Positions 48,155 through 60,174 of a stretch of 64,000 bases of DNA are shown here, in pieces (position 1 is the stretch's first letter; each line of letters starts with the position of its first letter). The position numbers and the translations under genes are program-made. Below the pieces are notes generated by a model, which saw only the letters and a list, made by a program, of their open reading frames with translations, made no database searches and had not been told where the DNA came from. This DNA is from an uncultured Spirochaetota bacterium (GTDB lineage Bacteria > Spirochaetota > Spirochaetia > SZUA-6 > Fen-1364), in the NCBI GenBank assembly GCA_963781885.1, contig CAWAHW010000002.1:672001-736000 (forward strand). The letters run 5' to 3'.

Positions 48155-51100
48155 ATGCTCTCTAGCCCGGTCCTCGGAGTCGACATAGGCTCCGTCGCCA
48201 TTTCTGCTGCTCTCCTCCGTCCGGAGGCGGGCATGGAGAAGGCATTCCACCGGACCCACAAGGGCAGGATCGACGAGACGCTGCGCTGTCTTGCCGCGGA
48301 GATCGGGCCCGTTCCTCTTGCAGGGATCGCCTGCACCTCGTCCGGCTCATTCTCGATCGAAGGCGCGAGGTTCTACGATCCGCAGTGTTCCCTGATCGCA
48401 AGCTGCCGCGCCTTTTTCCCGGCGCGCGGTCCATCGTATTCGTCGGGGGAGAGAAGTTCGGCCTGATCCGTCTGAGCGAAACCGGCGCGTACCGCGGGGC
48501 GCGGACGAGCTCGTCGTGCGCGGCAGGCACGGGAAGCTTCCTCGACCAGCAGGCGCGGCGGCTGGGTTTCGCCGGTGTCGACGAGCTCGTCCGCAGGGCG
48601 CTGGCCAGCACGACGCCCGCGCCGAAGATATCGACCCGCTGCGCCGTCTTCGCGCGCACGGACCTCGTGCATGCGCAGCAGGCGGGCCATAGCCTTGAGG
48701 AGATCTGCGACGGGCTCTGCCGGGGGCTGGCCCAGAACATCGCCGACACGCTGCGCGGCGGCGAGCCGCTCACGGGGCCCGTCGTCTTTGCCGGCGGCGT
48801 TGCCCGAAACGAATCCGTGCGGCGCCACCTGGAGCACATACTCGGCATGCCGCTGCTCCGGCACGATCAGGCGCAGGCATTCGGCGCAGCCGGCGCGGCG
48901 CTGTGCCTTGCGGAAGAAGGCGGAGGCGCGGCGATCACGCTCGGCCCCGACACGCTGTGCGCAGGCAAAGGCGACGCCAAAAGCTACTACTACCAGCCTC
49001 TGCCCATCCCCGGCCCGACGGGAGAAGCGAAAAACGGCACGCGCATCTTCAGCGCCGGTGCCTTCTCCGCCGCGCATCCCGTGGAGGTGGAAATCTACTC
49101 GAAGCCCGCGGGGCCCGTTCCCGTCCGCATGGGCATCGACGTCGGCTCCACGTCGACAAAGGCCATCCTGATAGACGAAACGCGCCAGCCCGTTGCCGGG
49201 TTCTACGCCCGCACGCTGGGCTCCCCGCTCACCGCCGTCCAGGCGATCTGCGAGGCCGTGGAGGATATGCAGACCCGCCTGTCCGTTTCACTTCGCTTCC
49301 TCGGCGTGGGCACGACGGGGGCGGGCAGGAAGTTCATCGGGTCGCTGGTGAAGGCCGACCTCGTGGTGGACGAGATCACGGCCCACGCGCGCGCCGCCTA
49401 CGAGCTCGATCCCGCCGTGGACACGATCATCGAGATCGGCGGCCAGGACGCGAAGTTCACCACGGTGCGCGACGGCATGGTCACCTTTTCCCACATGAAC
49501 ACCGTCTGCGCGGCCGGCACGGGCAGCTTCCTGGAAGAGCAGGCGGAGAGGCTGGGCTGCGGCCTTGCGGATTACGAGCAGAGGGTCCGCGGCGCGCGCG
49601 CCCCGCTGTCCAGCGACCGGTGCGCCGTTTTCATGGAGCGCGACATCAACAACTTCATGGCCCAGGGTTTCTCCACCGAGGAGATACTCCTCGCGGCGCT
49701 CCACAGCGTGCGGGAAAACTACATGGGCAAGGTGGCGCGCGGAGCGGCCATCGGAAACCACGTCGCCTTCCAGGGCGCCACGGCGCGCAACAAGGCGCTC
49801 GTCGCCGCGTTCAGCGAGGGCCTGGGAAAGCCGCTCAGCGTGTCGCGCTACTGCCACCTCACCGGCGCACTCGGAGCGGCCCTGCTGCTCGGCGAGGCGG
49901 GCAAGACAGCCTCCACGTTCCTCGGTCTTGCGGCACTGCGGGAGCCGATTCCCGTGCGCGCGGAGACCTGCACGCTCTGCGGCAACCACTGTCGGCTGCG
50001 CATCGCAACCGTCGGCGGGGAGACGGTCGCCTACGGCTTCCTCTGCGGCAGGGACTACGATCAGCGCAGATTCGTCGACAGGAACAGCTCGGGCTTCGAT
50101 CTCCTGAGGGAAAGGACGGGCGGCATTCGCGTCTGCGGCGGAGACCTGCGGCACCGATTCCGTCCGATGGACCGGTGATCGGCATACCCGCGGCGCTGGG
50201 TCTGTACGGCCATCTTTCTCTCTGGAAGCGCTTCTTCGCGCTCCTGGGCATCCCCACCGTGACGACGGAGGGCCTGGAAGGGAGCATCGATGCGGGCCGC
50301 GAAGTCCAGGGCGCCGAGTTCTGCGCGCCGCTTGCCGCCCTCCACGGTCACGTGAAGTTTTTGCGGGACAAGGCCGACTGGATCTTCCTTCCCGTGCTCC
50401 TGGAGGAGGCGCGGCCGAATGGCAAGGGTGCGCTCCTGCACTGCTATTACACGCAGTACAGCTCCGCGCTCGTTTCCGGCGTGAGCGACGAGAGGCTGCG
50501 CGACCGCTGTCTCATGCCGCAGGCAAGCTGGACGCGCTGGCGCGGAAGGACGAAAAGGGAGCTGTATCACGCCCTGCGGCAAAAAGGGATGCGGTACCTT
50601 CCGCGCTGGGCAGTCTCGCTCGCCTTCGAGCAGGCGAGTGCCGAGCACGACAAGGCGCTGCGCCGGCTCCAGGACAGGTTCCGCGAGGAAATGGCTTCTG
50701 CCACGTCTCCATCCGTCGTGCTGCTTGGCCGGCCGTACACCGTTCTCAGCCCCGAGATGGGAAAAGGCATTCCCGCGATATTCGCGAGCCTTGGCGTCAA
50801 GGTGTTCTACCAGGACATGGTGCCCTACGAGCCTGCCGACGTCGAATCCATCGCGCCCCTGCTGGACATGGTGCACTGGCTGAATGCGGCCAAGATACTC
50901 GAGGTGGCCTGCGTCGCGGCGCGCACGCCGAATCTCTACCCGGTTTTCGTCACGTCATTCAAATGCACGCCCGACAGCTTTGCGCTGGAGTATTTCAAGC
51001 GCATCCTCGATGCGCGGAACAAGCCGTACCTCATCCTCCAGCTCGACGACCACGACTCGACGCTCGGCTACGAGACGCGCATCGAGGCGGGCGTGGCATC

Positions 51101-52502
51101 GTTCAGGAACCATGCCATGCGCTCCTGGCGCGTTGCCGGTCGCGAGCTTGCGGCTGGGCGCTCCTGGCGCGTTGCCAGTCGCGAGCAACTCCGCGGGGTA
51201 CCGCGGAAGGCGACATTCGCCATGCGCTCCTGGCGCGTTGCCGGTCGCGCCGGGACAGGCCACGCCCGCGACGCGGCGCGGGAACGCATGGAAGGCGCCC
51301 TTTCGATCGTGCCGCACGGATTGAGCCGACTCGGCAGCCGGACGCTGCTCTTCCCCAACTGGGACGCGCTGTGCAATCCGCTCCTGGTGGCGAATCTTCG
51401 CCGCGAGGGCGTCGACGCGAGGCTGCTGGACGAGGACGATCTTTCCATCCGCGCCGCCATGCGGCACAACACGGGCCAATGCCTCCCGCTGAACATCATC
51501 GCGCAGGAGACGATCGACTACGTGGATCGACACGGCCTCGATCCGGCGCGCACCGCCGTGTGGCTGCCCCTCAGCATCCTGCCCTGCAACCTCGGAATGT
51601 TCGTGCCCTTCATGAAGAGCCTGCTGCAGGCCGAAGGCCGCGGCATGGAGAACGTCGAGGTCTACAACGGCAATTTCTACTATTCCGACATCTCGCTCCG
51701 CGCGACCATCAATGCGTACAAGGCATTCCTGGCGGGTGGGCTTCTCCGCCGGGTGGGCTGCCGCATCAGGCCCTACGAGACGGAGCCCGGTGCCACCGAC
51801 GCTGCCATCGCGCGCGCCCTTGGCATCCTGGCTTCGGCATTCGAGACGGGAAGCTCGCGCGGGGCTGCCATGCATGCCGCCGCGGCCCTCTTCGACTCCA
51901 TCCCCGTGAGCGGCGAGCGTCGGCCGCAAGTGGCGATATTCGGCGACCTGTACGTGCGCGACAATGACGTCATGAGCCAGGACCTGATCCATGCGATAGA
52001 GCGCGCCGGCGGGGAGGCGATCACGACGCCCTACACGGACTACGTGGCGATCATCGTCCACGCGGTGCTCCGCCAGGTTGCTCTTGCCGGCGACCATCTC
52101 GGCGCTGCCCGCTACCGGTTGGTCTGGAAGCTGGTCGACACCATGGGCCGCGGATATCGCCGGCATTTCGCGCGCTTCCTGGAGCCCGAGGCGCTTCCCG
52201 ACGGCAGCGACGACGAAAGCTTCCTGCGGCGTTTCGGGCTGCGGACGGAGCACAACGGGGAATCGTTCGAGAATCTCCTGAAGATCCTCCACATGACCCG
52301 CGTCCATCCGCGCCTGGCCCTCTACGTCCAGGCCAGTCCCGCCTTCTGCTGCCCTTCCATGGTGACCGAGGCGATGAAGCAGGACATCGAGCGGTTCACG
52401 GGCGTGCCGGTGGTGAGCATCACCTACGACGGCACGGGGCAGTATCGCAACGACGTGATCGTGCCCTACCTGAAATACGCGGCCGCCCGTACGCTCTCTT
52501 GA
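48155..52502 (+). CDS. multidomain CoA-substrate enzyme activase (two BadF/BcrAD/HgdC-type ATPase domains plus DUF2229-like domains); frameshifts near 48420 and 50115-50145
   Basis: GVDIGS, CAAGTGSFLDQQA, GIDVGSTSTK, EIGGQDAK, EFCAP, LLGRPY, SFKCTPD, GQCLP, FCCP, TYDG. Confidence 0.88.
51114..51249 (+). repeat. three in-frame copies of GCGCTCCTGGCGCGTTGCCRGTCGCG (RSWRVA[G/S]R) in an interdomain linker of the activase
   Basis: Copies near 51119, 51158 and 51224, with the inverted repeat CCGCGG-GGTA-CCGCGG between the second and third. Confidence 0.9.
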
Positions 52503-52547
52503 TGGACCGCGCCCAACTCGCCTATTCTCGCAGGCGGCAGCCCTGCA

Positions 52548-53147
52548 ATGCGTGACGAGCCCCTCACCCTGCCCGAAGAGCTTTCGCCCGGTGACGACAT
52601 GGAGGTCGTGCTCACCACGGGACGCAAGGCGTCCGTCCGCCGCTACGAGGTGCTCTTCACGCCCTGCATGGAGAGGCCGACCATCAGCCTGGACCGTCTG
52701 TACTCCGCAAAGCGGCTCGTGCTCGTCGACAAGCAGGCGACGTTTCCCGAGATCGCGCTCCTGGGTCTTTTCCAGAGGAATGGCTGGCAGGGGGCGTGGT
52801 CCGACAACGCCCACCGCAAGTACTTCGACCGGATGCCCAACCAGAGCAAGGGCATCTCGCTGGACACCTATGCAAACCAGGCAATCGCGCGCATTGCGGA
52901 CAACAACGACAAGAGCAAGGCGGGTTGCTGGGACCTCATCCTGTGGGCGGACCGGAGGATCGTCTTCGTCTCCGTCGCGTCCCACGCGGAAGGCAAGGCG
53001 ATCGGTGACGCGCAGCTGCGGTGGATGACGGCTGCCCTGAAGACGGGCTTTTCCGCCGGCCAGTTCGTGGTCGTGGAATGGGACAACCGCCGGGTCGCGG
53101 CGCGCAGGAAGAAGCACGGTCCTCCCGGCGAGGAGGCGACGCGATGA
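52548..53147 (+). CDS. hypothetical protein, possibly a degenerate VRR-NUC/PD-(D/E)xK fold
   Basis: GCWDLILW...IVFVSVA...AQLRWM pattern, translationally coupled to the GNAT gene. Confidence 0.6.
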   Translation: MRDEPLTLPEELSPGDDMEVVLTTGRKASVRRYEVLFTPCMERPTISLDRLYSAKRLVLVDKQATFPEIALLGLFQRNGWQGAWSDNAHRKYFDRMPNQSKGISLDTYANQAIARIADNNDKSKAGCWDLILWADRRIVFVSVASHAEGKAIGDAQLRWMTAALKTGFSAGQFVVVEWDNRRVAARRKKHGPPGEEATR

Positions 53148-53605
53148 TCAGCTATGCCGATGCCGGCGCGGAGGACATCGCCATCGTCCGCGAGCTTTTC
53201 GCGGAGTACGGCCAATCGCTGGGCATCGATCTCTCATTCCAGGGCTTCGACCGCGAGCTTGCGACGCTTCCCGGCGCGTATGCGCCGCCGGACGGTGCGG
53301 TGATCATTGCGCGGCAGGACGGCGCGGCCTGTGGATGCGTGGCGCTGCGTCGCATCGACGCGCGCACCTGCGAGATGAAGAGGCTGTACGTGCGCCCCGC
53401 GAGCAGGGGCGATGGCGTGGGCGCGGAGCTCGTGACGCGCATCATCGCGGCCGCGCGCAGCCGCGGCTACGCGGCGATGCGTCTGGACACGCTGCCGTCC
53501 ATGAAAAGCGCGGTCTCGCTGTATCGTTCATTCGGTTTCACCGAGATACCCGCCTACATCTTCAATCCGATTCCCGGCGCCCTCTTCATGGAGAAGACCC
53601 TCTAG
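53144..53605 (+). CDS. GNAT family N-acetyltransferase
   Basis: CEMKRLYVRPASRGDGVG, LDTLPSMKSAVSLYRSFGF. Confidence 0.93.
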   Translation: MISYADAGAEDIAIVRELFAEYGQSLGIDLSFQGFDRELATLPGAYAPPDGAVIIARQDGAACGCVALRRIDARTCEMKRLYVRPASRGDGVGAELVTRIIAAARSRGYAAMRLDTLPSMKSAVSLYRSFGFTEIPAYIFNPIPGALFMEKTL

Positions 53606-53761
53606 ACCGGCCGCGAGCCTGCGGCATTCTCTACCGGCCGCGAGCCTGCGGCATTCTCTACCGGCCGCGAGCCTGCGGCATTCTCTACCGGCCGCGAGCC
53701 TGCGGCATTCTCTACCGGCCGCGAGCCTGCGGCATTCTCTACCGGCCGCGAGCTTGCGGCA
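53606..53761. repeat. tandem array of five full and one degenerate 27-bp units ACCGGCCGCGAGCCTGCGGCATTCTCT (REP-like)
   Basis: Units at 53606, 53633, 53660, 53687, 53714 and 53741, each with a GCCGC/GCGGC hairpin. The minus strand reads GTAG-AGAAT-hairpin. Confidence 0.95.
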
Positions 53762-55234
53762 CTTGCGATTGCCCCGTCAGCGCGCGCACCGTCTCCTTGA
53801 AGCGCCGTCCCCTGTCGAACTCGTCGCGAAACATCCCGAATGACGTGCAGCCCGGGGAGAAGAGCACCGCGGCGCGGCTACGCGCCGGTCGAGCCAGCCG
53901 CCGAGAGGCCGCCCGTCCGCGTTGCAGCGCGGAGTTGAGCGGCCGCCTCCATGGCGCGCGCGATTGCCATACGCACCGCCTCTTCCAGGTCCGTGAAGGG
54001 GCCTTCATAGGTGATGCCCTGCGCCGCCAGCAGCGCGCGAATCTTTTCCGTGCCGCTGCCCGGCGAGCAGGAGGATGGACCGCGGCACGCGCGCCACCTC
54101 CGCAAGCGGTGAGAAGTCGATGTTCTTGTCCGTGCCGCCGGCAATCAAGATGAGGGGACTCGTCAGAGACCGCACCGCTTCCGCGGTGGCGTGCGGGATC
54201 GTCGCGGCAGAGTCATTGTAGAAGCTGATGCCCTCCCAGGCATGGAACATCTCCAGCCTGTGCTCGACGCCGGGGAATGTCGAAAGGCCCGCGCGGATCA
54301 CTTCCGGCTTCAGGCCGAAAAGACGCAGACCGAGGCCGGCTGCCAGCAAATTCATCCGGTTGTGCGCGCCCGGCAGGAGCGTCTCCGCCATGATGCGGCA
54401 GGTCGGGCCGTCTTGCGAAAGACGCGCGATCCCGTCTCCCTGCTCCAGCCAGGCGCCGCAGCGCTCGGGGGGAAGAGGCGAAGCAGAGACGAAGTATGGC
54501 GACGCGCGCGTCTCCGCCGGGAAATCGCGCTGCCAGGGATCGTCAAGATTGAACACCGCTTTCTGCCCCGGCTCCTGCTCCTGGAATATGGCCTTCTTGT
54601 CCTCGACGTACTCCGTCATGCCGGGATACTTGTCGAGGTGATCGGGGAGGATCACCGTCATCACGGAAACCGCGGCATGCAGGAGCCCGCGGCCGTGCAG
54701 GTCCCCGAGCTGCCACGAGGAAAGCTCCAGCACGACGGGAGCGCCCGGCGCGAGCTCGTCGATGAAGCTGAGCGGGGAGACCGTGATGTTTCCCCCGAGG
54801 CGCGTACCGGCAAAGACGCGGGAGAGCCCGTTCGCCATCGCCAACGCGGTCGTGGACTTGCCCTTGGACCCGGTCACGGCGAGGATCGGGTTGCGCGAAA
54901 GGGAGAGGAAGACCGAAAGGTCGGTCTCGATCGCCACGCCGCTGCCGCGCGCGGCTGCCAGGTATGGCGAGCCGGGCGCCACCGCGGGGTTCTTGATGAC
55001 GAGATCCGCGCCGGCAAAATCCGCCTCTTCGTGGCGCTCCAGCACGTAGCGGACGGGATGATCGCGCAGGCTGTCGATCGATTCTTTGAGCACGGCCGCC
55101 GACCGCAGGTCCGTCACGGTGACTCGTGCGCCCCGGCGGGCGAAAAACAAGGCGGAGGCAAGACCCCCGCCGTTGACGCCCAGACCCATGACGGTGACTT
55201 TCATGCCGGGGAAAGAGGCGGGATCAATCGTCAA
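53739..55234 (-). CDS. murD: UDP-N-acetylmuramoyl-L-alanine--D-glutamate ligase, frameshifts near 54060 and 53880
   Basis: MGLGVNGGG, VTGSKGKSTT, LELSSWQL, PDHLDKY, VEHRLE, YNDSAAT, IAGGTDK, LFSPGCTSFGMF...DRG. Confidence 0.92.
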
Positions 55235-56168
55235 TGCGGAACTCCTTCATGTCCGCCTCGTTCAGGTAGGACTGGACCCGGATCGTGGACCATGCGTCGT
55301 ACCATTCGGCCGGCACCGTCTTCTTGAGCTCCAGGAACACGGGCATCTCTTCCGAGAAGCTGCTGCGCTCCATCTCCGCCTGGATTCTTTCCATGGAGGG
55401 CAGGAGGAAACCGAGGCTTCGATGCAGCTGCGGCACCGACGCCGCCCGCTGGGCGGGGCTGAGACCGATAAGGGACTGGCAGACGGTCTTGTATTTGCAG
55501 TGGTAGGGATAGTACGGGTAGGTCTTACGTCCGGCCGGCAGGAAGAGCCTGCTGAAGAATTTCGTGAGGTCGGCGTCCATCCATATGCCCTGCTGGAAAT
55601 ATCCACGGCCGAACTCCCCGATCCACGTCTGGGAAATGGTCTGGTGGACCCGGAATCCCTTCACTCTCCCGTTGGCAAGAACGACTTCCTCCAGGGGGAT
55701 GACGATCGGCTCCAGAAAGAGCCGTTGGGTGGCATAGGCCGGGGTCAGGTCATTCGTCCCCTTTTCCTGCACAGTGGACTCCGTCGCGCGCATCATCAGA
55801 TCGATGCGTAACAGGTACAGGTACAGGCTCTCGTCGACGCGATAGACGTGGTAGAAGCAGGGGCGCAGGATTTCGGCCGGGTCGAAGAAATAGGTGAGGT
55901 CCTTCAGGAGCTGCGGGGCAAGCCGCGCCACCTGCGCGGTGACCGTCGTGAGGGCCGCCGCGTAATCGGACGACGGCTCGCTTTGGCGCACGTCGTGGTG
56001 GATGCGGAAATGCGGGACGGAAAGGGGACCTTCGAGATGGAGGAAGAAGTCCTCGCTCTGGCTGAAGTGGCGCCGGTAAGGGCGTTGTTCGGTGCCGATG
56101 GACTCGAGAAGACCGTTGATCCGCTGATCGGCGAAGCCGACGCGTATCTCGTTCGATATCTGCTCCAC
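55224..56168 (-). CDS. conserved hypothetical protein coupled to murD
   Basis: 314-aa ORF with GC-typical codon use; its stop overlaps the murD start. Confidence 0.8.
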   Translation of the reverse strand: MEQISNEIRVGFADQRINGLLESIGTEQRPYRRHFSQSEDFFLHLEGPLSVPHFRIHHDVRQSEPSSDYAAALTTVTAQVARLAPQLLKDLTYFFDPAEILRPCFYHVYRVDESLYLYLLRIDLMMRATESTVQEKGTNDLTPAYATQRLFLEPIVIPLEEVVLANGRVKGFRVHQTISQTWIGEFGRGYFQQGIWMDADLTKFFSRLFLPAGRKTYPYYPYHCKYKTVCQSLIGLSPAQRAASVPQLHRSLGFLLPSMERIQAEMERSSFSEEMPVFLELKKTVPAEWYDAWSTIRVQSYLNEADMKEFRIDD

Positions 56169-56307
56169 TGGCCGTTATTAAACAGGAAATGCGGGTCCGC
56201 GGCAACACAGCCACCGTAACCGGTGGCGGAGTTGGCCACGGTATTCCGTGGCATTCGTTCGGCCGGAGGCCGCAGCTTCGCGGCCGGCGCCGCGCCCGGA
56301 TCCCCCT

Positions 56308-58264
56308 CTACAACTTATCCGGCGGCACGACGGCGCCGTGCTTCTCCTTCAGCGCAAGCAGACCCTGGCGCTGTTCCGCGTAGACCTCGAATATGCGCGG
56401 CGGCATCTTCTTCTCCTTGCGATACGCATCCTCCTGGAGCTGGATGCGCTGGAGGATGTTGTCGACGTAGAAGGAGAACTGCTTGTCATAGAGGCTCTTC
56501 TGATAGGGCTTGTCGATGGTGTCCTCGAATATCTTTCGCAAGTCCTCGTAGCGCGGGATGAAGCCGATCGGCGTCTCGATGCCGCCCGCCTCGCCGTGCG
56601 CGTAGCGCTCCAGCCACGACAGCCACGCCCGCACGTCCTTTTTTTCTCCCAGCAGCTTCTTCATGTCGCCGCCGCGCTCGCAGTCGAGCAGGAAATAATT
56701 CAGCCCCGCAATGAGCGGTCGTCCCGCGCGGGAGAACTTCTTGGAGTTGAAGAAGATGAATTGCGCCTCCATGTAGTCCCCCAGGGGGCAGGGGATGAAG
56801 GGCGAGTTCGCCCAGGGCTGCCGGTTCACTCCCTTGGCGCCGACTTCCGTCGCGGTTGCCGCGGAAAGGATGGAGGCGCCGATTGCCACGCCGTGGTCGG
56901 GGCTCTTCGCCACCCACACCGGCGGCATCGTGTCGCTGTCCCTCCCGCTGTAGGTGATCACGCTGATGGGGACCCCCGCAGGATCGTTTGCCACCGTGGC
57001 GTTGAAATTGGCGATGGCCGTGTTGGAGAGGGTGATGCGCGCGTTGGGGTTGGAGACGGGCACGGGTTTGCCGTTCTTGTCGGTCTTGCCCGGCCACCAG
57101 TCGCCTTGGAAGTTCTTTCCCTTTGTCGGAAGCGCTTCGCCGCTTCCCGTCCAGTAGGGAATGCTGTGCTCGTCCACCAGCACGTTCGACCAGATCACCT
57201 CCGTGCCTTCCTCCCGCAGGCAGCGGTAGAGGTACGGGTCGCCTTCCTTGTTCAGGTCCTCGACGATGCCGAAGATGCCGATCTCGGGGTTCACCGCGCG
57301 GAGGGTTCCGTCCGGGGCGATCCACATCTGGGAAAGGTCGTCACCCACATAATCGGTGCCGACCATGGCGGTTGTCGTCTTTCCGCACCCCGAAGGGGCG
57401 GCACCGGCGAAGAATGTCTTCCTGCCGCCCGGCCCGGTCATGCCCGTGATGAACATGTGCTCGGAGAGCTCCTTCTCCCGGCGGTAATAGGTGCAGAGAT
57501 CGACCGCGAACCGGTGGTTTCCCTTTTTCAGCATGAGGGTGTTGCCCGGCGTACGTACAGTACATGCTGAAGGTCGTGAACCAGCTCCTGTCCATGAAGA
57601 TGCGGGCCTTCGGGATGTCCTCCGACCTGTTGGTGCCCTGGCTGTGCACGTTCGTGAAAAAGACGCCGGCCCGTTTCGTCTCGGCGTCGAACCGGTCGAA
57701 GACCGACCGGTACAGGATGTTGGCGCTGTGCATGACGTAGGCGGAGCTCGTGATCATGAGACCGGGGATCGATGCCTGCGCCCCGATGGGGCCGCGGTTG
57801 TAGAAGCCGACGAAAAGGGTCTTGCCCTTCATGATGCCGCGCATCGTCTCGCGGATGTAGGCGAGGGCCTCGTCGCGCACCATCTTCTTGGCGAGCACGC
57901 TCACCTCTTCGTTCTCGTTTGCGATGTAGTAGGTCTGGTCGACCATGCGGCCCTGGTCCTCCGGCAGGTCGAAATGCAGCGTGTGGTCTTTCATCGCGAG
58001 GGGGCATTCCTCCCCCCCGTCGAGGCTCATGGTGCGGCATGCCGCCACGTCCTCCGCGGAGGCGGTGACGACGAACACGCGGGAAGGGCCGCACATCGCG
58101 ATGGCATTCGCGATGCGGATGAGGGCGCCCTTCGTGCGGATGGCATGGAGCTTCGATCCCTCCGCCGCGTCCAGTGAGACGGCGAAAACCTTCTTCGCAT
58201 CGGCGAGAGTGTGGACCCCGCCGACCTCGGTCAGGATGTCGATGCCTTTTGAAAGCTCCAGCAT
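56308..58264 (-). CDS. pckG: GTP-dependent phosphoenolpyruvate carboxykinase, frameshift near 57546
   Basis: YAGN-LMLKK across the shift, LSEHMFI, P-loop GAAPSGCGKTTTAM, VGDDL, NPEIGIFG, NPNAR. Confidence 0.9.
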
Positions 58265-58428
58265 GTCCTTCTCCTTCGAACGACCCCGCGCCCGATTCGT
58301 CCACCGGCGCGGTCGTTGCGGCGGTGCAGAGAGATGCATATTTATGCAGGTTCGTAAGATAAAAGAGGATTTTATACCCGCTGTCAATGGGGCAGCAGGC
58401 GTCGGAAGAGGGCGTCCCCGCGCTTCTC

Positions 58429-59983
<1,555 letters not shown>

Positions 59984-60037
59984 CGGTGCCTCCGTTGCGG
60001 CCACAATAATGTATGAATCTTGTCTGAAAGATACAGA

Positions 60038-60066
60038 AATGTAGCGCCTATCCGTCGCCGTGTCAA
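60038..60066 (-). promoter_or_regulatory. sigma70-type promoter of the NifA-like gene
   Basis: Minus strand TTGACA, 17 nt spacer, TACATT. Confidence 0.7.
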
Positions 60067-60139
60067 GGGAAGACGGCGCCCCCGTGATTCTCCCTTCGCT
60101 TCATGATGCGCCCGCCGCAGGAGATCCGGCAGACAATTG

Positions 60140-60168
60140 TTGACAGCGCCTGCCGGCTCCCGTATAAA
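60140..60168 (+). promoter_or_regulatory. sigma70-type promoter, leaderless aminotransferase transcript
   Basis: TTGACA (60140-45), 17 nt spacer, TATAAA (60163-68). The ATG is at 60175. Confidence 0.8.
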
Positions 60169-60174
60169 CCATGC

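Noticed and set aside
53606-53761. CRISPR array or type III toxin-antitoxin RNA
   Set aside because: There are no spacers, and the array lies downstream of convergent genes rather than between a promoter and a toxin.
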